From Octopus vulgaris (lineage: Eukaryota), in contig OX597816.1 of assembly GCA_951406725.2 (NCBI GenBank), positions 53,196,001 through 53,260,000 of the forward strand: 64,000 nucleotides of DNA. Direction: 5' to 3'. The notes under the pieces were generated by a model. It did no database searches, had not been told where the DNA came from, and saw nothing but the letters and a program-made list of their open reading frames with translations. Shown in pieces: positions 36,491 through 50,756 of the stretch. Made by a program: the position numbers and the translations under genes. Every line of letters begins with the position of its first letter. Position 1 is the first letter of the stretch.

Positions 36491-39184
36491 AGCACTATAG
36501 TTCTGCTTCCTCCAGATACATTCAACACAACTATTGATGCTGTAGTTGTTGTTAAAGATGTTTAACCACAAACCAGCTCTGACTGGGAGTAGATCTATGC
36601 CTCAAAACAATCCAACCGTGACCAAGTCACTTTTTTTCTTTTTGTTTTTTCCAGCTATTATGTATGTCCTGTTTTCGTGTTATTCAAACATTGCTTTAGA
36701 CATACATCTGTTTAGGAATGTTTGTAGTTTGATTTGAAGAACATCTGACTGTTATTTCTAGCACATTGAGAGACCATGTAGTAGTAGTGGTGGTGGTGGT
36801 GGTAACAAAAGTGGTGGCAGAGGTGGTGGTGGTGGTGTTGGTGGCGTTGGTGGTTGTGGTGGTGTTGGTGGTGAAAGTAGTGGCAGTAGTAGTTATTGGT
36901 TTGGTATGATTGTTTGTGTAATTGTTGTTGCTGATGGTATTTTTTAAAATGGTTATTGTTGGTGCATGTGAATGTATGTGTGGTTGTTGTTTTGGTTGAT
37001 TCTGGCATGACTATTGCCATTGTGGTGACTGTGGTATTGGTATGATTGTTGTTGTTGTTAACATGTTGGAGTAGTTATTGTTGCTGCTGGTATGATTTTC
37101 GTTGATATTAGTGTGGTTGTTGTTTTTGGCAGTGGTGATGTGGTTGTTGTTGTTGGCAGTGGTGGTGTGGTTGTTGCATGTGATAGTGTTTCACAACTTT
37201 AGACTGGTACTTTGTTTTATCAATCCTAAAAAGGTGTAAGGCATAGCTGACCTTAGCAGGATTTGAAACCAGAATGCAGCCAGCTGGAATACATACAGAA
37301 AGGCATTTTGACCCATCCGTCATGTATCCATGTACATATATATGTATAGACCCCCTCCAGTTATGAATGACCACGGGATTGCACCTAAGAAGTACCCCTC
37401 TGAGACACAAGTCTGGGCAAGGTTGTTTATGGAAGACCAGCAGTTGCCCATGCATGCCAGCCTTCTCTCTCTATGCCACCAATGTTATCCAAGGGAAAGG
37501 TAAAGGCCAATACAGCTTGGCACCAGTGATGTCACAACTCATTTCCACAGCTAAGTGAACTGGAGCAATGTGAAATAAAGTGTGTAGCGCAAGAACACAA
37601 CACACAGCCCAGTCCAAGAATCAAACTCACTGCCTCATGATTGTGAACCCGGTGCTCTAACCACTGAGCTAGGTGCTTTCACATGTGTGTGTGTGCATAC
37701 GTGACCACGTGTGTGTGCATTAATATATATATGTATACATATAATATATATATACACACATATATATCATCATCATTGGTCATCATCCCTGTAGTTATCA
37801 TCATCAGCAGTCGTTATCAGTATTGTCACCATCGTCATCATCATTTAACTTCCACGCTCCATGTTGGCATGGGTTAGATAGTTTATCAAGACCTAATGGG
37901 CCCAAGGATTACATAATGCCCCAGTGTCTGCTTCAGTATGGTTTCTGTGGCTAGATGCCCTTTGTAATGCCAGCCACTTTACAGTGTGTACAAGGAGCTT
38001 TTTTCGTGCCATCAGCACTAATGGGACTGTCAGGCAATTTGCAAGACAATGATCCCCACCCCAGGGGAAAACTTTACATTAGAAGGGAAGGAGCAAAAGA
38101 TGAGTAAAAATATGAGAGAAGGGGGTCAGGGAAGAACAGATTTCTTGCTGTAGAGGAGTCACATGACAACTCACATATTAAGAGAGAGGGTAGGAGTGAT
38201 TGAGAGGAGCTAAAAAGTGGTAAGGGGGCAGTGAAACAGGAAATGACTGACAAGGCTAAGCAACAGCAGAATATTAATGATGAAATAGTAGACAGGAGAA
38301 GAACAAGATGACACACAAATGAGTGAACACACAAAAGAAAATAACATGCAGCAAATGTATTTGGAGTTTTTAAATAATTAATAATAACAGATTGACTCAC
38401 TTGTGCAGAACACATCCTCATCATCAGATGAATAGTAACTTAATAAAATATATATTTATCTTTTATATAATTATATGAGGTTTATTATACATTCAGTAAG
38501 CTTGATATTGTTATGTTCAGCAAGCAATGTATCTATTTTAAACATCATAAAGAAAAGACTCTTCTGCTGGCCTTAATCAACTGTTCCTGGCCTTAATCAA
38601 AAGTTCCCTCCAAGGCAGAAGTCTGGGCAAGATTATTTGTAGAAGACTAACACTCACCCATGCATACCAGTTTCCCATCTCCACACCACCAATGTTGTCC
38701 AAGAGAAAGGCAAAGAACAATACAGCTTGGCACCAGTAATGTTGCAGCTCATTTCTACAGCTGAGTGAACTGGAGGAACATGAAATAAAGTGTCTTGCTG
38801 AAAAACACAATACACAGCCCAGTCCAGGAAGCACACCCACAACCTCGCAATTGTAAGCCCAGCATTCAAACTATTGGCCCATGTGATTTCACATAATTCA
38901 AATATCATATATGCATGCGATATTAACTCCAACCCTCATTTGACTCAGTTGAGAGTTAAAGCAGGCATTTTCCAAATATCTAATGAAGTGGACATGTCCT
39001 ATGTCTGCAAAACTTTAATGTGGAGCTGAGTCAACATGGTGACAATTATGCATGTGTATACATATATCATCATGAATGAGTGCACAGCAACACACTCACA
39101 CACATAGGTCCCCCAGCATGGCTGCAGTCTAATGACTAAAACATGTAAAAAATAAAAGATATAAAGAATCCTTGAATAACACAG

Positions 39185-39538
39185 ATGTAGGAGTGGCTGT
39201 GTGGTAAGTAGCTTGCTTACGAACCACATAGTTCTGGGTTCAGTCCCACTGTGTGGCACCTTGGGCAAGTGTCTTCTACTATAGTCTCGGGCCAACCAAA
39301 GCCTTGTGAGTGGATCTTGTAGACGGAAACTGAAAAGAAACCCGTCATATATATGTATAAATATATATATGTATGTATGCATGTGTTTATGTTTGTGTGT
39401 CTGTGTTTGTCCCCCCAACATCGCTTGATAACTGATGCTGGTGTGTTTACATCCCCATAACTTAGCGGTTCGACAAAAGAGACCGATAGAATAAGTACTA
39501 GGCTTACAAAAAATAAGCCCTGGGGTTGATTTGTTTGA

Positions 39539-39540
<2 letters not shown>
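39185..39540 (+). mobile_element. SINE family A, 3'-truncated
   Basis: High identity to other copies. Confidence 0.85.
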
Positions 39541-39578
<38 letters not shown>

Positions 39579-40423
39579 CACTGGCTAACTTAGACAATAA
39601 GATTTTGAAAACAAATTATGTCCAGATTAAATTGTGTTACTTCAATAACAGAATTATCCAAAATAAACTTTGTCATCGAATAAATTTTCAACGAATGAAA
39701 TCATCGTGTTTATGAGAGGGTAGAGCAAAAGTAGATAAAAAAATTTAAATTGTAAATTACACTGTGGAAGAATAATTTTAACGAATTAAAAACCCCAAAT
39801 TTGCTAAATTCATTTGTCATTCGTTTCTTGCCAAAATGTTCATTATACAACTGTGACCTGATCATTAACATAGTTCCACTGAAACTGTTTAAAATTTAGT
39901 TAATGACCATTTCTTATAGTCCTTCGAGGTTTGCCTTCTGTTTTTGGTGAACTTACAAGCAAGAGGTCTGCTTATTCATGTTGATTTGCTTTAATCTCTT
40001 GACATTAGTCATAGATTGGTCATCATTAGTCATATTCTGGTTCTCTTCTTTTGTCTGCTGACAACAATGCATATGTCATTGTTAGTATTCCATCATTTCT
40101 GTTCTGTTCTTTTTCTTTATACATTCTTTTTTTACTTCTTTTCCAACTCGAAAGTTAGTTTTAAATTTATGCATACCCTGTTTACTATGCATAAAAATAA
40201 AGTGTTTTGGGACATTTCTCAATTGTGCGTACAAGCTGACAGAAACAGTTTCCTTCTATGTAGATTTAAATTACATTTTAGAATTTTGAACACAAGCTAA
40301 TCAGGAAATAATGTCAATAGATTTCTATGTATCTATCTGTATAAAATTACATCTGTACATACACATAAAAATATACACACACACACACCTATCTATTCAT
40401 CCATACATACATATATCCATACA

Positions 40424-40830
40424 TAGGCGCAGGAGTGGCTGTGTGGTAAGTAGCTTGTTTACCAACCACGTGGTTCTAGGTTCATTCCCACTGCATGGCA
40501 CCTTGGGCAAGTGTCTTCTACTATAGCCTCGGGCCGACCAAAGCCATGTGAGTGGATTTGGTAGACGGAAACTGAAAGAAACCCATCATATATATGTATA
40601 CATTTGTGTGTGTGTGTGTGTGTGTGTTTGTGTGTCTGTGTTTGTCCCCCCCAACATCGCTTGACAATTTGCTGGTGTGTTTACGTCCCTGTAACTTAGC
40701 GGTTTGGCAAAAGAGACCAATAGAATAAGTACAAGGCTTCCAAAGAATAAGTCCTGAGGTCGATTTGCTCCAGCATGGTGCTTCAGCATGGCTGCAGTCA
40801 AATGACTGAAACAAGTAAAAGAGAGAGTAA
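40424..40830 (+). mobile_element. SINE family A, full length
   Basis: High identity to other copies. Confidence 0.9.
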
Positions 40831-41039
40831 GGAGTATACATACAGGCATACATACATGCATGTATACATACATATATAAATACATACATACATACAGACA
40901 GACAGACAAACTAACAAAAAATACCCTGTTCATGTTGTTGAAATTCCAATGAAGGAACCTTGGATCTAGGTTAGAAACTGACTCTTTCTCTATTGACAAG
41001 AAATCTAGAAATAAAACTGAATAATAATTAACTGACTGA

Positions 41040-41078
<39 letters not shown>

Positions 41079-41924
41079 ATTTTTTAGCTGATAACTTGAA
41101 ACTTTTTTTTGTTTAATGCAACACACAAATAAGAATAACCTAAGAATATTCAATGAAAATGATAGATAACTTTGTTGATAACCTTGTTTCCTTAATTTCC
41201 TATAACTGCTTCCAAGGCAGCTAAAAGGAGAGAGACATTTTATCATAAATTCATATCGTTACATTATCAATTAAAAGAAATTATCATTACTAAATAGATT
41301 GTATTTATTATTCTGAACAGAGGAGCTTGTTCAAATTCATAAATATAATCCCTTAAATAAGTGTTTATAAAACTAAAGCGGAAGTCACAAACAGCCTTTT
41401 ACTTCTGCTGGCCTTAATCAATTGCACCTGGAAAGTTCCCCTTACAGGCAGAAATCTGAGCAAGGTTATTTGTAGAAGACCAACACTCACCCATGCATAC
41501 CAGTCTCCCATCTCCATACCACCAATGTTGTCCAAGAGAAAGGCAAAGGCTGATACAGCTTGGCACCAGTAATGTTGCAGCTCATTTCTACAGCTGAGTG
41601 AACTGGAGCAACATGAAATAAAGTGTCTTGCTCAAGAACACAATACTCAGCCTGGTCCAGGAAGTGCACTCACAGCCTCACTACTGTAAGCCCAACACCC
41701 TAACTATTAGGCCATGTGTTTTCGCATAGTTCAAATATCATATATGCATGCGATATTAACTCCAACCCTCATTTGACTCAGTTAAAATTGCAGACACATG
41801 CCAGACAACATCATAAAAGAAGAAACTTCTTGACACATGCAAACGAGGAACCTTGTTAAAGAATTTTCACGTGACTGTCAGGTTGGATCACATGACATTA
41901 TCATGGAAAACATACAATATTCTT

Positions 41925-42370
41925 TTCTACTCTAGTCACAAGGTCCAAAATTTTGGGGGAGGGGGGCAGTCAATTAGATCAACCCTAGAATGCAACTGGT
42001 ACTTAATTTATTGACCCCGAAAAGATGAAAAGCAAAGTTGACCCTGCTGGAATTTGAACTCAGAATGTAAAAACGGATGAAATACCTATTTCTTTACTAC
42101 CCACAAGGGGCTAAACACAGAGAGGACAAACAAGGACAGACAAAGGGATTAAGTCAATTATATCAACCCCAGTGCGAAACTGGTACTTATTTAATCGACC
42201 CCGAAAGGATGAAAGGCAAAGTCGACCTCGACAGAATTTGAACTCAGAACGTAACGGCAGATGAAATACATCCGTCGTGCTAACATTTCTGCTAGCTCGC
42301 CACCTTTAAAAACGGATGAAATACCACTAAGCATTTTGCCCAGCATGCTAACATTTCTGCTATCCCGCAG
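41925..42370 (-). mobile_element. SINE family B copy nested inside another family B copy
   Basis: TAAAAACGGATGAAATACC duplicated at 42068-42086 and 42307-42325. Confidence 0.8.
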
Positions 42371-45284
42371 TCTAGGAAAACATACAATATTGCGATAAAA
42401 CAATGATATTGTGCATATATCTATAGAGAGTCTATCTGAATGAAGTAACAAAAAAAGTATTGCTTGATTTTATGTATTTCATCAGCATAAAGAAAGGACC
42501 AACAGATCCACATATTTTTTTTTCCTTCTAAGCATAAAAAATGTAAAACATTAACAAATAATGTCATACCAAAATACGCATAGACTTTTTCCTGTTCGTG
42601 AAAATACAATATATTGAAAAATTGATGAATAATGACATAAAAAAAAAAATAGATGACATCTCAAATCATTTGAAGAGCACTTTATAACTATTGATTAAGA
42701 ATTATAAATAATTTTATATATTAAAGATATATCTAGCTTTAGGGATCAGAAAAGTCCCTAAAGTGCAGAATGAAAAAAATATGCATATGTATGTTAATGT
42801 TAATTGTGTTGTAAATATGTTATGATGAAGATGATTGTAAATGATTCAATGTAACACCAGAAGAATTCCTCAAGAGTATTCCTCAAGAGCTTTTACCAAT
42901 CTAATATTGATTACTATTTCTCCTCAACAACATTAAGTTGATACTGAATTGATTAAAACTTTTTCATGCACAGACACTGTAACAGTTGAAGTGGTCGACC
43001 TTTCATAAGATCTTCATCAAATAGACTTCAAGTTTATAAACACACACTATACATAATAGATAGATAGGTGAAGTTCATAATTACTTGCAATACAAAGAAT
43101 ATACATTGAAATTATGACCACATTGGATATCTTCAAGGAAAGAACCGGAAAGATCTTTAACTTTCTATTGAATTGAAAGAAATAGAATAATGTGCTGTTC
43201 ATTCATTAAATTTTTCTTTTTAGTTCTCAACAGGCAATTCACATCTCTTGCAATAGTATTTATGTGAGTACCGCATATTAGTTAATCTCTGTATCTTTAT
43301 AATGACTTCCTTCTTTCACTATCTCCAATAAGCAATGCAAAATCAGAGATAAAACAAACTCAATTTCATTGGAAGCACAAGTATATCTAAATTAAGTTCA
43401 TTCTTTCCCATGGAATAAAATAATTTCTCCCAAACAACACCAAAGTCCAATTTCACTTTTCATTTTTCATTCACTTGTTTACCATTCATTTTCCCAAGCT
43501 AGAATGAGTTTGATTGGAATTTTATTTGAGGGCGGATTTTACAGCTGGATTCTCGTGCCGGTGGCACGTAAAAGCACCCACTACACTCTCGGAGTGGTTG
43601 GCATTACAAAGTGCATCCAGCTGTAGAAACTCTGCCAGATCAGACTGGAGCTTGAGTGCAGCCATCTGGTTTGCCAGACCTCAGTCAAATCATCCAACCC
43701 ATGCTAGCATAGAAAGTAGATGTTAAATGATGATTATGATAATGATGATGATGATGATGATGACAGGCTTCTTTGATGATGATGATGATTCCCTTCTTAT
43801 TGTCAATCCTTACCTCCTTTTCAAGTAAGGAATAACTTTATTCCACAAGCTTTCAAAAGCACAAAGTGACTTGTCGTGATGTCATCAAAGGATATGAACA
43901 TCAGCACTTCAGGGATGATGAGCATGACATGACCAAAACCTAACTTCAAGTACCAAGGCTCCAACATACAATATGACAGGGATCACCTCACTGATGTCAA
44001 AATGTATGTTAATGCCACATGGTTAAAGTTAACACGAACATCTAAAGACCTTGTGATTGGAAGATATTTATGCCCTTGAAAGCAAAGAACCAGGGGCCCT
44101 TTACAGATTGAGTGTTTCCCACCAGCAATGAGGTATAAACCGACTCATTATGTCATAGAAATATAGATATTTTATTGCACTTTGGAGCTAATTTGCCTGG
44201 ACCATGCCTTGAATAAAAACGTGCTGCTTGACATAGAAGTGGTACCAATCACTAAAAAGTTGTGTAACATGTGCCTCCACTGAAATGGGTATATGACATG
44301 CCATGAAGAACAAGTAGTAGTAAAGGCATTGTTAATAATCAGCTCAAATGTGTGACAGTATGGAGGGTCAAAGAATCAGTAGTTTGAGAGATCTACAACA
44401 GGTCAACTTCACTCTGTTGAACATTGTTGAAAAAATCCAAGTGTGGAGAAGTATGCATGAAAAGAGACTCCATTTGAGGGATAACAGAAGATTAGATGAT
44501 GAATAATTACAATATATTTGCATTATAATTCTCAATAATGTAATAGTGTGAAAATATTCTGCATGAAGCTGAAGCGTATTGCTATATTGTTCTTGTTGAA
44601 CACTCGATGGAATTTGTAGGCCTCCAAGGAATGTTTGCTGATAAGAGAAGAGAATTAATCTAGAGTAAAATGAGGTTGATAAGCAAACTGCTGAAATATA
44701 GAGTTATGTTTGCTGAAAGATGAACATCTCAAAAAACTTCATCTTATATATGCATTGTGCTGATATCTCCCCAGAGAGTACCACATAGGACTCATGATGG
44801 CACCGTGATGATAAATTTTTTAACAGATAACTTCCTCAAAGACTTACATGACTTGAATTAAACACTTGCAATAATACTCAAGAGGAACAGGAACCAAGAC
44901 AGTTTCTACTTGGTCTTGTTGCTCACCTACTAAAAATAGCAGTCAAATTTCCTTCAAATTACACACAGTGGACAGTGTAGTGCGACATACACTATTTGAG
45001 TTAAAAGATGGAATGGTTATGGTTTGGATCGCCTTTAACTGTAGGCCTGCTAGATCTTGATTGATATAAGGGCTAACAGCACTCACTGAAGTATCCCTTT
45101 CTCTCTCCAGCAAATAACCTCCTACAAGTAACAGCTAAATTTCTCTCAAATCACATGATAATGCAGTAAATAAGGAAAGAATACTTTAGATAATGGTAGT
45201 TCAAAGTAACTTAAAAAGATAGGACAGTTATGAAATGAAATGCATTTAGGCAAGGATGGTTAAGGTAAAACAATAACCAAAAAA

Positions 45285-45460
45285 ATCAGCACTTTCCATA
45301 TATATTTGGAGATAAAAAGATAAAAGAAAGACCAGAAGTATTATCTGAGTGATCCTGAACAAAGTAGCAATGTTTACAAATGGACCAAAGCACTGTGATT
45401 TCTGTCTAGCCAAAAACTTTCACATTTTCTCACAACATCCTAATCTTAAGCAAAATAAAA
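45285..45460 (+). mobile_element. Penelope-like element relic, GIY-YIG endonuclease C-terminal region
   Basis: ALSIYIWR*KD...II*VILNKVAMFTNGPKHCDFCLAKNFHI matches the LS.YIW.LK...W.IL....Y....K.C.LCL.EK..I pattern of PLE endonucleases. Confidence 0.55.
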
Positions 45461-46120
45461 TTAAAATGGTTCAACTTTAATTGCATGTAGAGTAACTTGA
45501 TTAACACCACAATTACTTGCCAGTCACTGATGTATATGGATAGATGATTATTTTAATTTAAGATTGCTTCAATTGCATATGTCGGATTTTTATTCAACTG
45601 AGCAGATATTTGCAATATCAATGAATGTTTTATTCACTGCTTCCTATATGAGGGGTGAAAAATTTAATCTAAGCATGTATATGAACATAGTTATTTAAAT
45701 TTAAATTCAAATAACTATGTTCTCTAAACAGCAAAATTCCCCGCAGAGAATTATTTTCTGCAGAATTATTTCCGGTATTTTAGCGAGCCAAAACAAGGAC
45801 TTTTGAAAGATAACCCCAAGTGTAATTGGTAGAACTGTATACATGTTCAATCAAATGCGGACATCTCATGTATAGTTCGGCAAATTATATTTGCATTGAC
45901 GATCATACTGAAGAGCTACGGACAATTATGTAAATAATTTTGTGTAAGGGTTAATAGCAAAACTAGTTTATGATTAATCTATATTCTGTTTCTTTTCATT
46001 TGTCTTGCTCACTTATGTTCTGGCGTTTGCTAAATTTTCTTGAAAACATTCCTTTTTTAGTGGTAAGGCTATAGTGGATCTACTTGTAGCATAATGGATG
46101 TCCACCTAATGGTCATCCCT

Positions 46121-46169
<49 letters not shown>

Positions 46170-47764
46170 GCACACATATTTTCAATAGATGAAGGGTTAG
46201 AGAATTTAATTTTATTGACTAAATTCTTCTTTGTTTGTTTTGAACTTTGGCTTAATTTTTAAGAATGTAAGTAAATAGATCTAACAAGTTAATGCGTTGT
46301 TTCTTTTACCATAATTATCATGTTTGTTTGTTTTTCTTTTTTGTTTTTTTATCTGAAAGATATTTGATCAATGAAGAATACTTCTCATTTGAAGAGAAAA
46401 CAAATTAGACACATATTAAATAACATAGATCAATTAAATGTGAAACTGACAAAGTGTCCATGAGTTAATATCAACACAAAATGGCCTTTTATGACATAAT
46501 TCATTATCTTAGTGGAGTATACAATTATTTACTTTATAACACTTACTGCATCCACCACCACTACCACCACCACCACTTTATTTTCTATTAATCAGAGTCT
46601 GACTCTGAAGTAATAATGTCATGTAATAAATCATACAAATCATACACCCCGTCTCACCAAATAGAATGTCTCTCAACGTTAGCTGCACAGAACTTTTACA
46701 TTTATCACTCTGGAGATAATAATACAGGTTAGAACTGCTACCATTCTAATTTTGCTTGTTGATTGGATCAAATAAACCAATCAGTGAACTGCACTATAAT
46801 AAGTCAGCTGATACAGTGAAACTAAAAAAAAAAGAAGAAAAAAGAAAGAAATGAAATAAAATAAAAATCAAATAACGAAAGTTAAACTAATTTATAGGAG
46901 AAATAAATTAATCAATATGTCAGCTAATTATAGATGTAAAGCAATTTATGATTGAGTTTTTGGTTACTTGAGAAGTGATAGAGATAAGTGATAGACAACT
47001 TTGAGAAAATACAATTTTTAGTAGAAAGGAAATAGAAAGAAATCTTAAAATTACAAAAAAAGTGACACTAGAATGGTGACTGTGTAGATAAGAACAACTT
47101 AATTTTTAAAAGTTGCAAAAATATAGGTTTTCACTTCAAGCTTTTGTCATGGCAGAATTAATTAAAAATCAATATTAAAGTGATTTTATTCCTCTTCTTT
47201 CTTTCTTTTTTTTTTTTTTTGCAGTGCAAAATTGTTAAGTACTAATATTTCACAATAAAAAAGAAAAAGAAGAAATGAAAATCATAAAATTAGAATGGAA
47301 TGTGATTTCTAAATCCGGTTATTGTAGCTATATGTTTTGTATCAGATATTGATCTTGTTGAAATGAACTCTTTCCAAGTAGATATTTCGTGATTGTCTGT
47401 CTACACAAGTCTATATTTGCTATTTGAAGTAAAAAAAGGATAAAAGAAAAGGAGTAAGGATAGATTGTTTGTAATCCACTTCTGGTCGTATCCCACTTCA
47501 AGCCTGAAGCATTTTGGTTGCTCCCTTGACATGTTATTGCTGCTGTCCTAACTGGATACTAACCAAGTGCTGGCTTGCTCAGTCTTAATACTCATTTTTG
47601 CTAGCTAAGTAGATTGGAACAGCAAGAAATAAAATGCCTCACCCAAATACATAATATGCCTCTCAGACTGAGAACCAAACCCTTGACCTTATGATCAAGA
47701 GCCTAGTTTCCTAACCACTAGGCTATAGGTTTTCTAATATCTACAATAAAGAATACTCTGTATA

Positions 47765-47938
47765 CAGTTGTGGCCAAAAGTTTGGAACATAGATCTGAAA
47801 ATTTCTTCTAGATATTGAACCATTAGATCATTTTTATTAGGTAAGTATATCTCTACATTGTATATATTTGAAATGAATTGTACTTGGACGTAACAATTTT
47901 AATGTTTAAAAAACGTCCCAAATTTTTGGCCATGATTG
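47765..47938. mobile_element. Tc1-type MITE
   Basis: TA|CAGTTGTGGCCAAAAGTTTGG ... CCAAATTTTTGGCCATGATTG|TA. Confidence 0.75.
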
Positions 47939-48599
47939 TAGATATAAATTCAGAAAAAGAAAATTGTAAGCTTTCATGAAGAATAACAAGACAATGAAGT
48001 CCTACTGACAATTCTAGGATGGTGTTGCTTCAGCACACGCAAACAGAATAATAATAATGATGCAGTACCAGGCAGTGGCTCTCATGGCTTCCAATATTAA
48101 CTGATTGGAAGTGTTATCATGGACATTTGTTTTGTCTTGGTATAAGAGATGGACTGCAGTAAATATTCTGCTCAATACCACAGATTTGCTTGTCAGTTGC
48201 TTGACCTTAACCAGTGGCTGACAATATGTGCATCTCTGATCACGAGCAGAAAAGTGAGGGAGCATCATAGCCATGTGTTGAGAGGAATCCTTTGGAGTTT
48301 TAAATCACTCACCTCTGGAAACATGGGTGTTTTGTTCATCCTCCTTAAAACAACCCTTATTCAGGAACCTTTTCAATAGGATGGGCTACTCAACCCGAAG
48401 AAAATTCTAACTGGGCCCCTCCTACAAGGTCATGAACTGTTTATCTTGATATGAGATCACTATGTGCACATATGGTTGTGATGCATGTGCCTGATGTACC
48501 CTTATCAGACAGGTAGTCATGATGGGTATATTGGGCTTCATATAACTGTACCTCAGTGTTACTTTGATGGCATGCACTGTTCTCTCACTCAATGACAAT

Positions 48600-48820
48600 T
48601 ATAATCCTTTCTATGATAGGACAAGGCCTGACACTTTGGAGGAGGAGGCTAGTCGATTACATTGACCTCAGTGTGTAACTGGTACTTATTTCATCAACCC
48701 TGAAAGGATGAAAGGCAAAGTCAACCTCAGCAGAATCTGAACTCAGAATGTAAGGACAGACAAAATACCACTAAGCATTTTGCCCGGTGTGCTAATAAGT
48801 CTGCCAGCTCACTGCTTTAT
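48600..48820 (-). mobile_element. SINE family B
   Basis: Shared body sequence. Confidence 0.8.
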
Positions 48821-48825
48821 ATAAA

Positions 48826-48858
<33 letters not shown>

Positions 48859-49367
48859 GGCAAAGAACAGTGTAGTAAGAGCAGCAAACTTCTAGACACA
48901 CAAGCTCTATTATAATATTATAACATAAAACCGTATTTAGCGGAAGTTCGTTGAAATAAAAATATCAAAGAGGCCTACAGACATTGTAATCATCATTAAT
49001 TTCTAATTGCCAAACACAATGTAAATACAAAGTTCAATCTTGTGGTTGTTAAAAGTCAAGAAGTCTTTTTGCTTCAAGATAGTTGCTACGCTTCTTTAGT
49101 TCACAGATCAAGTTAAATGTCAACTGTCTTGATGAAAATGTTCATATTTAAAGTAAGCCTTGTACAAACATAGCTGTAAACAAAACAATATATAAATATA
49201 TTGGTATTGCTATCTTATGGTCTTGCCAATTAAGTAAGATGTGCTTTCTGATGAGGCCTAATAAGACCGGAATATGTCTGCTTTCATTAGTTGGTTTTAG
49301 ATACAAACTTGACTATCTGCATTATCTATATTATACAAAAATTTCAATCAACACTTCTTATTAGAGT

Positions 49368-49744
49368 TACTCTTTTACTTGTTTCAGTCATTTTACTGTG
49401 GCCATGCTGGAACACCGCCTTGAGTTGAAGAAATCGACCTCAGGTTTTATTCTTTGTAAGCCTAGTACTTATCCTATCAGTCTCTTTTGCTGAACCACTA
49501 AGTTATGGGGATGTAAACGCATCAGTTGTCAAGCAATGTTGGGGGACAAACACACATATATATATATATATACATGCATTCGATGGGCTTCTTTCAGTTT
49601 CTGTCTACCAAATCAACTCACAAAGCTTTGGTCGGCTCAAGGCTATAGTAGAAGACATTTACCCAAGGTGACATGCAGTGGGACTGAACCCAGAACAATG
49701 TGGTTGGTAAGCAAGCTACTTACCACACAGTCACTCCTGTGCCT
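49368..49744 (-). mobile_element. SINE family A
   Basis: High identity to other copies. Confidence 0.85.
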
Positions 49745-50535
49745 AGAGTTATCTATTTTGTTGATTTCAGATTTTAAACTTTTCTCAAAAAGGAATTTGT
49801 TTTTCCTTTCCTGCTCATTGCCTGAATAATCTCAGGTAATTGAAGATTTTCATTTCACTGTATTACATATGTGAGATGCTACTTTATACATATTTAGTAA
49901 GCAGAAAAAAAAACCCTCTTAAAATTTCTTCTCTCAGCCTTATCATTGTCAATATCGCTGGTAAAGATGAAGAGAGAATATGACAATCCACTACGTTGGT
50001 CATATCTCTCTTTATGCTTGAAGTTGTTTGGTTGTACCACTGATTTGGTAACACTGCCATGCTAACTTAATGCTATATAATTGCTTACCATAAACAATTT
50101 CGTGTTCCCTAAATTTCAATGTGGTCAACCAGAACTGAAGGATACTGCTTTTATGGAAGTGATGCTCATTTGCAACTATTATATGAAGTTAATACAATCC
50201 ATTCAGAAGGCTCGGGTTGGCCTGAGGTCATAGTAGAAGATACTGGCCCTAATGACCAAAGAAGTTGACTGAACTCAAAATCACGTTGTTGGAAGGTAAA
50301 GGGTTTCTGTTGACCAAACTCTACTCACAAGGCTTTTATCAACCCAAGGCATTTTTTGGAACAAAAGACTTGTGCTGCACATTGGGATGAAATTTGGAAT
50401 TATATGTTTGCTGAGCAAACTTCTTAACCACAGAGCCAGGCATGTTTCTGTTTCTATGGACATTTAGTTTTATTGTGAAGGAAATAATAAGGTTGCAAAC
50501 TCCAAATTAAAGATAGAACTTTCACACCATGTTAA

Positions 50536-50756
50536 CCCTTTCATTACTGAATTTATTTTGAGGGGTTCTGTGTTTCTTTCAATTACATTAAATATAACAA
50601 AGAATTTCGTGAAATAACTTAGTTATCATTAAGCTAGTGTTAGGAACATAAATTGTGACTAAGGTTTGGTGGAAGGTTCTATTTCATAACTTATGAAAAC
50701 AAGGCATTTGTACTACAGAGCAAGAGCCGGTTTCAGCCGGGTTGGTAACGAAAGGG
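50536..50756. mobile_element. piggyBac-type MITE
   Basis: TTAA|CCCTTTCATTAC ... GTAACGAAAGGG|TTAA. Confidence 0.85.

Noticed and set aside
40940-40985. CCAATGA...TAGAAACTGACTC hammerhead-like motif
   Set aside because: Too many core deviations to support from this copy alone
43850-44700. Possible decayed LINE or coding region
   Set aside because: No recognisable motif in any frame I could read
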